Positions 55,317 to 64,000 of a DNA stretch of 64,000 nt are shown here, one piece after another. How positions within the stretch are numbered: position 1 is the first letter of the stretch; each line of letters starts with the position of its first letter. The position numbers and the translations under genes were made by a program. The notes below the pieces were generated by a model. That model did not search any database, was not told where the DNA came from, and saw nothing but the letters and a program-made list of their open reading frames with translations. Source of the DNA: a virus; IMG/VR virus record IMGVR_UViG_3300008448_000002, positions 96,001 to 160,000 of that record; one strand, given 5' to 3'.

Positions 55317-57130
55317 TCTAAAGCTGCGCCGCCAGAAAGTGACACTGTTAAATAACCAGAACCATCTTGTCCATAAGTTCTTGTGGCGCATCCTCCGTTA
55401 TTAACAGAGGAGATAACATCTCTGTTACCAACAATAAAATTAACAACGTCAGAAAACTCTAACCCACCTGGTCCAGTTTGTCCATAAATCTTTATTAGTC
55501 CTGCTTGTAGAGGAGTAAAGGACAAAGTACCAGGACTTGGTATTACTCCGTACACTTTTCCTCTTTGTTGTTCTTTAAATACTGTATTATCCTCAAATAT
55601 CGTTCCGTCATTCGCCGTAATAGACATTTTCTTAACAGCACCAGCACTAAACTCAATGGCGTTATTTGAATCTGCCATTATTGCCATTCTATCATACGAA
55701 TACAGCAATCCACCAGAACCAGTTATACCATTATAATTATAAGATGGTTCAGTTCTCTGTATGAAAACAGATTTTATATTATCGGTTGTTTCTCTAACAG
55801 CAACAGTTGAACCATATGCTGTTAGTGCCGAATCAGCAAATGTTACAACATCTCTTGCCGCCTGAACATCATATACAGCAAACTTTGTAGCAGTATTTGA
55901 TGAATATACCAAGTAATCACCAAATGATGATTGTTGTAATCTAACGCCAGCATCACCAAAAATATGAAGTCCAGTGCTAGGATTGTTTGTACCAATTCCT
56001 AATTTTCCCGTAGATGATAATCTTGCTTTCTCCGAGCCACCCGCGCTAAATACAATATCTCTGGCATCCGCTGCCATTAATGCCAGTGTATCATTTGATT
56101 TTAATAAACCACACCGCCCTGTTATACCATTAAAGTTATAACTAGAACCTGTTACTTCTAAGGAAATAAACTCGTTCCCGTTTTGGGCGTTACTGACAAT
56201 CAATCCGACAGATGTATTTACGTTTGGTAAAGTAGCACGAATTGTACATGTTTGACCGTTATGACTTAAAATATCATAAACTCCTGAAACATCATAAACA
56301 AAAAATCTTTTAGTTTGAAAGTCCACCCCAATTGAATAGTCTGATATATTAGAACGCAATCTTACGGAAGGATTTTCTGTTGTTTTTAAAACGTCAATAC
56401 TACCAACGGGATTTGCTATGCCAATACCTAGTTTGCCACTCGCAGTTAATCTAGCTTGTTCGAGACCACCTGTACTAAAAACAATAGGATTATTAGTATC
56501 CGCCATTAAGGTCAATTTATCAAATGAATATAGTAAAGAACCTTGTCCTGTAGCACCATTGTAATTATAATTAGAACCTAGTCGAAGAAAAGAAGCAACT
56601 TGTGATGGTGCTTCGCTGTTTATAACTCTAATTCCATCACCTGCCGTTACTGGAAAAGTAACAACAAAATCATTATTATTTGTACTTCTTAATTTCTGCC
56701 ATGTGCCACCACCTTCAAAATAATCGGTTGTATCATTAGGAGTAGATGCTATTTTGTAATAACTCAACGAATTATCAGTCGTATTATACCATAAGTTACC
56801 AAGAGTATTTGGGGTTGATGGAGAAGTTGACCCAGTATTTAATGCCGGAATAGTATTCCAACGTGTATTTTGTGAATCATATAATTTCAAAGCCGCTAGT
56901 CTATTGCCGTTTTTTGTTTTATGATGCCATAATTGACCATCTAATGGATTTAGTGGTGATACACTACTAGAAAAGTTTTCTAGCAACTTTACTATGTTTT
57001 CTGCCGATGGTTTAGCATATGATATATAATCTTTTCCAAACAATATCAAACTAGTGGCAGATGTATCGCCTCTGCCATTATCAATAGTTGTTAATAGTGA
57101 ACCGTCTGTTTTTCTGATTTCAATAGCCAT
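55286..57130 (-). CDS. Tail fibre-like structural protein
   Basis: ENIVKLLENFS...P-x-NP-x-x-GQLW N-terminal domain; GKLGIG-x-x-NP repeats; three YN(Y/F)NG(A/I)TG...L-x-x-MAD modules. Confidence 0.75.
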   Translation of the reverse strand: MAIEIRKTDGSLLTTIDNGRGDTSATSLILFGKDYISYAKPSAENIVKLLENFSSSVSPLNPLDGQLWHHKTKNGNRLAALKLYDSQNTRWNTIPALNTGSTSPSTPNTLGNLWYNTTDNSLSYYKIASTPNDTTDYFEGGGTWQKLRSTNNNDFVVTFPVTAGDGIRVINSEAPSQVASFLRLGSNYNYNGATGQGSLLYSFDKLTLMADTNNPIVFSTGGLEQARLTASGKLGIGIANPVGSIDVLKTTENPSVRLRSNISDYSIGVDFQTKRFFVYDVSGVYDILSHNGQTCTIRATLPNVNTSVGLIVSNAQNGNEFISLEVTGSSYNFNGITGRCGLLKSNDTLALMAADARDIVFSAGGSEKARLSSTGKLGIGTNNPSTGLHIFGDAGVRLQQSSFGDYLVYSSNTATKFAVYDVQAARDVVTFADSALTAYGSTVAVRETTDNIKSVFIQRTEPSYNYNGITGSGGLLYSYDRMAIMADSNNAIEFSAGAVKKMSITANDGTIFEDNTVFKEQQRGKVYGVIPSPGTLSFTPLQAGLIKIYGQTGPGGLEFSDVVNFIVGNRDVISSVNNGGCATRTYGQDGSGYLTVSLSGGAALDYTITAISFN

Positions 57131-57157
57131 GTATATTTATCCTATAGTTTGTATAAC

Positions 57158-57165
57158 TATTTATA
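57158..57165 (-). promoter_or_regulatory. T4-type late promoter (fibre gene)
   Basis: TATAAATA on the minus strand about 28 nt upstream of the 57130 start. Confidence 0.6.
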
Positions 57166-57169
57166 ATTA

Positions 57170-59086
57170 TTATACGGAGGTATAAACGATAACATCAACA
57201 GAACCTAATAATGAACCAAAGTCATTCGGACCATCATCATAATTTACGTTCCACAATCTAAAACTAGTCGCTGTTTTATTTGTATACGAGGAAACACCTT
57301 GTCTACCAACATTCCATGACATTGTACTATTGATGAAATAGTTATCAGGTGAACCAAGGTTTTCAGACAAAAATACATCAACATAACCAGAAGTATTATA
57401 TGTTATACTTGCTATTCCAGATGAGTTTGTAAGAATTGCCAAACTAGGGTTAGCTGTTATAATAACAGTTGGTATTGAGGCATGAGTTCCTCTATCATTG
57501 ATAGTAATAGATTGAATGTTTCCAAGATTAAAAGTTACCGCAGAAGCGGTGCCTGTTCCCGATGAAAAGGTAATTGCTGGAGGAACAACATACCATTGCC
57601 CTTGTGAAGTAACTGTAATTACCCCAAGTTCAAAAGTTAAATTTACCGTTGCCCCTGTTCCCCCCGATGGAGAAACTGTTGTGGCGGCTCCCGTTGCTGT
57701 TGGTAAGGCAGTATAGTTACCAGTAGCCAACAATGTTAAACCAGTTATAACACCGCTAGATACCGTTGCTACTGTAGCAGTAGCACTTGTGCCACTTCCA
57801 CCTGTCACTGTTATTGTATTACCAACAGAATAACCTGTTCCACCATTGTTCACTGCTATTGTTTTAACGCGCAATGATGCTGTAGCTGCCCCCCCAGACC
57901 CAACAGCGGGAGAAAATTTAACTATACCTCTAGCAGCTATTCTTAGTCCAGCATTAGCCTGTCTTAATTTTAATGGAGATATAGCAACTACATCAGATAC
58001 TCCCGCAATAGCTTCTGGAGTTGTTGCCACCTTTAATACATTTGTTAGCAATGAGCCATCAAGAACAGGCAATCTTCCACCTGATATAACCTCAACCACA
58101 TTTCCAACACTAGTTCCAACATTTCTTGCCGCCGCATTACCAGCGTTAGTAATATCTGCTAATACATGAGTATGACCCACGTTAGATTTTCCAGTATTTA
58201 AAGAATCAATTTGTGATTGTAAATTATTTGTATTAGTTGTTAAAGAATCGTCAAATGCCAACTCTCGCCAATTCGACCAAGATGAACTTGATGAATCTTT
58301 TATTCTTAGAGCCAGCTTACTATTGGGAGTTGAAGAATTAATATCCCAACCAACTGATAAATTGAATCCTGTTACATCTGTTGGATTAACTCCAAATCTT
58401 GATAATACTACTATACCACTTCTTGAGTTATTGATTTGGTCTGGACTTTGTGGAGTATCAACACCATATATCCCATCAGGTTGACCTGTGGTATTTGTAA
58501 AATATTCTGGGGGCGTGGTTGTTGCCGTTGGAACTTTTAATAAGTGGTTATGAGTGGTTAATGAATAGTTATTAAGAGTGATAGGTTGTACGAATGTAGC
58601 CGTTGCCCATGTCTCAGTTGCCAAATTTACTGGATTTATCGAAGCTGTATTCTGATATAACTTAATTTTCTTAACTACATCATCCCAATATACTGTTCCC
58701 GCGAAAGACAACGCACTAGCAGAAGAAACACTTGGTAATTTAAGTCCAACTGTACTAGTAAGGTCAATAGTTCCTGTTGTGGCACTAAAAGTTTTTGCCG
58801 TAACAATTCCATTAGAAGCTAAGGTAATGTTACCAGATGAAAATGTTAGGTTTCCTGATAATTGACCGCCAACTAAAGGAAGATAATTAGCCGATAAAAA
58901 AGCCGCATCAATAAAGGTTTTCCAAGAACCATCCCAATATTCTATTTCACTTGTTCCCTCATTCCATCGCATAGTCCCATTAACAGACGTAGATGGTCTA
59001 GGTGTTTGACTAGGTAAGGTTATTCCCCCTGCTCCTCTAACGTCTAATCTTCCGCCACTACCACTAACATCTATTACTTTGCTCAT
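57170..59086 (-). CDS. Tail fibre-like structural protein
   Basis: G-x-MRWN...EYWDG-x-W, YLPLVGGQLSG, HTHVLADIT, GNAAARNVGT fibre motifs; one copy of the 142-aa AGTV module. Confidence 0.75.
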   Translation of the reverse strand: MSKVIDVSGSGGRLDVRGAGGITLPSQTPRPSTSVNGTMRWNEGTSEIEYWDGSWKTFIDAAFLSANYLPLVGGQLSGNLTFSSGNITLASNGIVTAKTFSATTGTIDLTSTVGLKLPSVSSASALSFAGTVYWDDVVKKIKLYQNTASINPVNLATETWATATFVQPITLNNYSLTTHNHLLKVPTATTTPPEYFTNTTGQPDGIYGVDTPQSPDQINNSRSGIVVLSRFGVNPTDVTGFNLSVGWDINSSTPNSKLALRIKDSSSSSWSNWRELAFDDSLTTNTNNLQSQIDSLNTGKSNVGHTHVLADITNAGNAAARNVGTSVGNVVEVISGGRLPVLDGSLLTNVLKVATTPEAIAGVSDVVAISPLKLRQANAGLRIAARGIVKFSPAVGSGGAATASLRVKTIAVNNGGTGYSVGNTITVTGGSGTSATATVATVSSGVITGLTLLATGNYTALPTATGAATTVSPSGGTGATVNLTFELGVITVTSQGQWYVVPPAITFSSGTGTASAVTFNLGNIQSITINDRGTHASIPTVIITANPSLAILTNSSGIASITYNTSGYVDVFLSENLGSPDNYFINSTMSWNVGRQGVSSYTNKTATSFRLWNVNYDDGPNDFGSLLGSVDVIVYTSV

Positions 59087-59087
59087 A

Positions 59088-59759
59088 TTATAAACTAATC
59101 CTTATTGTATATACTATTTCAATAAGTCTATTTAAACTTTTTTGAATGGGGTTAAAAATAACATGGGTTATTAAATTACCGTTACCAGGAATAGTATCAA
59201 ATGTTTTAATCCCAATTTCATCAAATACAAATGTTCCTTCTGTTGTGGCACTATTATCGAATGCTTGCTGTCCCGCTGGTTCTGAATAATCCAAAGTGGC
59301 GGTGATAACAATATCAGTGTATGTTGTATTTACAACGTGTCTAACCTCTATATAATTGTTTGCTGTATCTGTATTCAAAGCTGATTGGTCATTTACCACT
59401 TTAAAATATGTTGGATTATATAAATCGGCATTAATATTTGTTGTGTTTGGTGGAAAATAAGTAATAGCTCCCGTTCCAGAAACTACACTCCCGCCATTAC
59501 CAAAGTGTATTTCATGGATATTACCTTCTGGTCTATTCGTGAGTGAATTAGCAAGGGCAATACTCATGTTTTCAAAATGTATGGCATTGTCTTTGTCTAA
59601 CAATACTTCATTGGTATTTTTATCGGTTATAGTTAAGTGACCCTTCATAAAGGGCTTACTTTTTTCAATATTACCATTTTTATTTATAATTACAGATTCG
59701 CCATCTTTAATGGTGATAAAATCTGATACACTTGTTTTAATATTTTCATTCATTAACAT
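59088..59759 (-). CDS. Baseplate/structural protein
   Basis: GHLTI-x-D...NAIH, FGNGG, FDEIG, LITHVIF-x-PIQKSLNR; sits between baseplate and fibre genes. Confidence 0.6.
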   Translation of the reverse strand: MLMNENIKTSVSDFITIKDGESVIINKNGNIEKSKPFMKGHLTITDKNTNEVLLDKDNAIHFENMSIALANSLTNRPEGNIHEIHFGNGGSVVSGTGAITYFPPNTTNINADLYNPTYFKVVNDQSALNTDTANNYIEVRHVVNTTYTDIVITATLDYSEPAGQQAFDNSATTEGTFVFDEIGIKTFDTIPGNGNLITHVIFNPIQKSLNRLIEIVYTIRISL

Positions 59760-59790
59760 TTTAATTTTGTCCTATTGTATATATTTATGA

Positions 59791-62700
59791 TTATTTTACC
59801 ACACTTGCTCCATTATGACTACTATTATCTAAATATTGTATCCAATCATTCGTTCTTTGTATTAAATCTGTTTGGTTTTCAAATCCTGTTGTTTTCCACA
59901 ATACTCTATTAATAGTTTGATTTACCAAAGGTAATGCTTGTTGATTAGATAAGTCATAGACGGGGCGTTTTGTTCCTGTAGAAACATTGAATCTCACTGT
60001 CTCTACATCAGAAAGAATACTTGTATGTGTAATATCATTCGCGTCATTCCAACTATCTGCTACCACATCAACTATAATATCACCTCTTAATGAGTTTTCA
60101 TCAACTGTTTGTTGTATATCTTTTTGTCCATGACTCGCGGAATTTATATATTTATGATTTTTATTAATGGCAAGAGACAAAGGTTGAGTAGCGAATAGTT
60201 TTATAAATTTTATCTGATTATTAACTATAGTAAAATCAACGCCATATTGCTTAGAATCATACCCATATACGGTTTCATCTTTATATTTTCTTACATATAC
60301 ATATAACTTAGAGAAGTCACCATTCCATGAAGTAGGAATTGAATAAGTTGATATATCTATTTCATTTGTTACTGAATTATGTATTATTCTATCTCTTTTA
60401 CAAGATTTACCAGTCATTGTGCCAGCAAACCCTCGCTCTATATTCTTTAACTCGAATGTTCCATCTTGGTTGTCAACTACCTTCCAATACAATATTTTCT
60501 CGTTAGATACATTTAATATTCCTGGAATCTTACTAATATCTAGGGTTTCTAAATAAAACTTTTTAGTAGTGATAATAGTTCCGTTAATTGATACATCACT
60601 CAGGGTTATTGTTACATTTCCACCAGAAGGAGAGGAGATAGCAGTTATTTTTCCCCTAGCCCAAACAGAAAAATTAGTTGACTCCCTTACATAGACTATT
60701 TGATTTACATAAAGGTTTTTAGAGTTCTTTGTCGCTGTTGTTATAGAAGTAACACCAGAATTAATTGTTTTTAAAACAATAGCAAAAGATTTTCTGATTT
60801 TATTTACAAATGTTGAACTAGGATTTTCTGGATTGTGAAGAATACCATCCTCGAATATATTAGAACTTGAGCCAGTATATTGTACGGTTATTGATGTTGA
60901 ATTATTCAAAACATCATTATCCAATAATAATTCACTATCTAACTTTCTCTTGATTGACCAATTCTCCAAAGAACTCTTGAACATTTCAAATGATAACGGT
61001 TTTGTATTGGCGTAATAGTTTACATTTGCCGTTGTTGAATCGCTATACTTCCATGATGTTGTTCCATCAACAATAATATTATTAGTTGTGCTTTGTGGAC
61101 CAGTACCAGATACATTAGATGTACCAGAAGAAACGCAAGTATATATCTTTCCGCTATTTTTTACAATATCTCCCTTAGTATAGATAGTATTTTGTGTCCA
61201 TGAGTTTAGGGCGGTAATATAATCCGCAAAATCACTGTCTGATTTTTGATAAAAGTTAAAGTTTAATACATCATTTGTTTTTGTTTTTACTAACTCTTCT
61301 GGTCTATCGGAATCCCATCTTGATTGTTGGAAAGCACCACCATTAACAAGAATATCACTTGATGTATAAGTACTAGCATCCGTTTCTTCAAAATCTCCAT
61401 TAATTTCATTTGGTTGATTTCCAATTAAATTAATATCAATATAACTAGCAACATTGATTTTATTGGCAAATCTACAATCTCCAGAACTGTCCCAAGCAAT
61501 AGTATAAAACTCTCTCCATTGATTGAGTAGTGTATCCCATATAAAGTATTGTATAGGCTCTAGTGTTACAGTAACAATAGTTCCATTAACTACCAATGAG
61601 TTTTGTGAAAGATAATTTCTTTCTTGTATGGTTGATACAACCATATCTTTATAATCTATATCATTTTTTCTGTATGTTTTAGATAAATCCGTGTATAATT
61701 CAGCGTCATCTACAAAGGTTACTCGACTTGTATCCCAACCAAAGCCATTGTCCCAACTGTTTAATGTATCACAATCAACCTCGTTTTTATCTAGGTCATT
61801 GCCTTTAATGGTTGTCCCTCTAAAGGCGGCACCAGAAATAAGAAGATTGGTATCCTTTCTTTGTTCGGTTAAGTCAGGTTGATAATGACTCATTATTCTA
61901 TCATAAGCACCAGATTGTCTATCCCAACCAATAGCAAAAAATTCTTTCCATAATAAGTTTGTGGCATCATACATATAGTATCTGTTGTTTTCTTTAACAT
62001 ATACAATTGTTCCAGAAATTAAAGTTGTTGTTCCCTCTAAAGCATCCCTATCCAAAAGAGTATTTACAACTCTGTCATTGTAATTTAATGATGTGTTGGC
62101 ACGATACTCTTGTTCTAGGGCAGAAAAATTATATATCATTCTATTGTTGACATACACAACCTCAAAAGCATCCCAAGGAATTGAGTTCCATCCACTCGAT
62201 GTAGTTGATGAGTTTCTATCAAAAACGATAGAAGTTTTCATTTTTCTAACAGGATTCCAGTTAATATCCCACGATTCATTGTTTGTTTTAGTATAATTAC
62301 TATACCAATCATTCCAAGGAGATGTATTAAGAATCGCCACATCAGTAGAATTGTTTTCATCTAGTATTCTATATGTTAGGGTATTAGTATCAAAGTATAC
62401 TGGATTATCAAAATCGGTAGATGAAACAAGTGTATTATCAATGTCGGAACTAAATGTATCATTAAAATCTCTAACTTTTACATGATACGGTTTTACCTCA
62501 TTGACAAAGCTAAGTATGTCATTGGTCTTATTTTTTGTTACAACAGGACTTTGAATGAGTTTATTTGATGTTCCTGCTATCTTCATGAAGCTCGTCTTAA
62601 ATGCCCAGTCAACATTTATACCTTGACTATATGATTTTCTAATCATTGTTATAAACAAGTCATTTTTCTCAATAGATAACAACAATTTATCTTTTAAACT

Positions 62701-64000
62701 ATCTAATATAAACTTTAACTCATAGCTACCATCTCTTCTATAAATATCTTCTATATTATATCCATAGAAACCATATATTACTTTATCTGTATTATAGAAT
62801 ACATCTGTTAATGAAATGGTTGCTTTTTCTCTGGCAACAGTCTTCCACTGAGAGTTTTCACTTATAAACCACTCCCATCTTCCTGTACCATTATCCTTTA
62901 CTTCTACAATAATATTACTTGTATCATTTAGAGTAAGGTTCAACTGTGAGAAATATAAATCTTGTAATGTATCGAAGAAATAAGAAGGAGTATCATTCTT
63001 ATCAAATCCAGTAGAATACCAATCAACTCTATTCCATATATAGTTTTCTTGATTTTTGTATTTTTGGGCAGATTCCAAAATAAATCCGAAGCCATCAGAA
63101 AACGGATTTGTAGGTTGATACTTCCATAAAGTCCAAAATCCAAAATATTCACTGGTATTTTTAATAAGAATTTTCTGTCCCGATGTCAGGAGTAAACTTG
63201 TTGATATAATATTTCTATCGGCAATAGATTCTGCCTCGAATGAATACTGTGATATATCTGGAAGTTTATCCTCGTTGAGAAAGATACTTTCCCATTCTAA
63301 TCTATCATCAATAATAGGATATTTTAAGAAAATACTATTTAGTTTCTCAACTAATGTTTTTCTGGCATCTCTACTGGCAGAATATCTACCAATTGAATTA
63401 ACTTCTGGTATAAACATTGTTTGTCTTGGTCTAAAGTTTATACCATATACTTCTTTTTTTGTTAAATTAGATTGTGGGACTGTATTTTCATTATACACAG
63501 TGTTTGTCTGTATACCTATTGTTCCAATAGGTCTATATTCACTCGATACTACGCCTTGTAGTGTATTACCAAACTTTGATTTATAAGTAACAATAATGTT
63601 ACCCATTGTGATTTCGCCACTATCTGCTAATTCAGATGAATCTACAACTCTTAACTCGATACTATTCGGTGTCAGAGCAGTTGTGGTTACTATTGATACT
63701 TCCTTGACAGTAACAGAATTATCCCAACCAATTAAACTATCAGTCATTTTTTTCCAAAGTAAATCTGGAACATCATTGGATTTACTTTGTTGGCTAATCA
63801 ATGTATATTCTTTATGCCAACTATTCTGTATCTTAGATTCATTCCAATCTAAAGAGAATATCGTGCTAGTATCGTTCAAGTAATTTCCAATACCGCCAAT
63901 CAATAATTTATTAGTGTCAATCGCGGCAAACCAAGGAATATTACTATTGTTTGGATTACTTATTGTATTTGCTACCTGTTGTGCCGTTAATTTTCTATTT
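59791..64000 (-). CDS. Very large baseplate wedge-like protein (start lies beyond window end)
   Basis: Frame open from 63999 (NRKLTAQQVANT...); YGINFRPRQTMF, WAFKTSF, EVKPYHVKVR; repeated GWD motifs and a carbohydrate-binding-like insert. Confidence 0.7.
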   Translation of the reverse strand, partial: NRKLTAQQVANTISNPNNSNIPWFAAIDTNKLLIGGIGNYLNDTSTIFSLDWNESKIQNSWHKEYTLISQQSKSNDVPDLLWKKMTDSLIGWDNSVTVKEVSIVTTTALTPNSIELRVVDSSELADSGEITMGNIIVTYKSKFGNTLQGVVSSEYRPIGTIGIQTNTVYNENTVPQSNLTKKEVYGINFRPRQTMFIPEVNSIGRYSASRDARKTLVEKLNSIFLKYPIIDDRLEWESIFLNEDKLPDISQYSFEAESIADRNIISTSLLLTSGQKILIKNTSEYFGFWTLWKYQPTNPFSDGFGFILESAQKYKNQENYIWNRVDWYSTGFDKNDTPSYFFDTLQDLYFSQLNLTLNDTSNIIVEVKDNGTGRWEWFISENSQWKTVAREKATISLTDVFYNTDKVIYGFYGYNIEDIYRRDGSYELKFILDSLKDKLLLSIEKNDLFITMIRKSYSQGINVDWAFKTSFMKIAGTSNKLIQSPVVTKNKTNDILSFVNEVKPYHVKVRDFNDTFSSDIDNTLVSSTDFDNPVYFDTNTLTYRILDENNSTDVAILNTSPWNDWYSNYTKTNNESWDINWNPVRKMKTSIVFDRNSSTTSSGWNSIPWDAFEVVYVNNRMIYNFSALEQEYRANTSLNYNDRVVNTLLDRDALEGTTTLISGTIVYVKENNRYYMYDATNLLWKEFFAIGWDRQSGAYDRIMSHYQPDLTEQRKDTNLLISGAAFRGTTIKGNDLDKNEVDCDTLNSWDNGFGWDTSRVTFVDDAELYTDLSKTYRKNDIDYKDMVVSTIQERNYLSQNSLVVNGTIVTVTLEPIQYFIWDTLLNQWREFYTIAWDSSGDCRFANKINVASYIDINLIGNQPNEINGDFEETDASTYTSSDILVNGGAFQQSRWDSDRPEELVKTKTNDVLNFNFYQKSDSDFADYITALNSWTQNTIYTKGDIVKNSGKIYTCVSSGTSNVSGTGPQSTTNNIIVDGTTSWKYSDSTTANVNYYANTKPLSFEMFKSSLENWSIKRKLDSELLLDNDVLNNSTSITVQYTGSSSNIFEDGILHNPENPSSTFVNKIRKSFAIVLKTINSGVTSITTATKNSKNLYVNQIVYVRESTNFSVWARGKITAISSPSGGNVTITLSDVSINGTIITTKKFYLETLDISKIPGILNVSNEKILYWKVVDNQDGTFELKNIERGFAGTMTGKSCKRDRIIHNSVTNEIDISTYSIPTSWNGDFSKLYVYVRKYKDETVYGYDSKQYGVDFTIVNNQIKFIKLFATQPLSLAINKNHKYINSASHGQKDIQQTVDENSLRGDIIVDVVADSWNDANDITHTSILSDVETVRFNVSTGTKRPVYDLSNQQALPLVNQTINRVLWKTTGFENQTDLIQRTNDWIQYLDNSSHNGASVVK

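Noticed and set aside
1-64000. CRISPR array, transposase, integrase, intron or intein
   Set aside because: No regularly spaced repeats with unique spacers; no transposase/integrase motifs; core genes have normal lengths and no intein termini were seen.
1-64000. Stop-codon reassignment
   Set aside because: Long conserved genes are intact under code 11 and end in TAA, TAG or TGA; only one isolated internal stop (16500) was found.

Overview
AT-rich (roughly 30% GC by eye) fragment of a large T4-related myophage, most likely a jumbo phage of the Rak2/Atu_ph07-like group (inferred from the gp20-gp21-gp22-gp23 head module, gp26/gp51-like hub genes, a MoxR-VWA pair and very large baseplate/fibre genes; not database-confirmed). 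Both ends cut through long structural genes (tail spike at 1-3375, baseplate-like gene beyond 64000). Contents: tail spikes, a holin, DNA ligase, eight tRNA genes, two RNA ligases plus Pnkp, two orphan DNA methyltransferases, ThyX, an RNase H-like nuclease, a Holliday junction resolvase, a Nudix hydrolase and many small early ORFs behind sigma70-like promoters. Best candidate for an undescribed system: a set of late-promoter genes with short MRxxxE-type leaders encoding ADP-ribosyltransferase-like domains. One is a four-module polyprotein (34065-36413) whose modules are separated by (I/L)TE motifs resembling prohead-protease sites, suggesting head-packaged, injected effectors. Other notable items: a phage shikimate-dehydrogenase homolog, two tRNAs with non-canonical G55 T-loops, a possible RuvC-less TnpB-like protein, a triplicated membrane-protein family and an ORF broken by one in-frame TAA. 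All calls come from motif recognition by eye.
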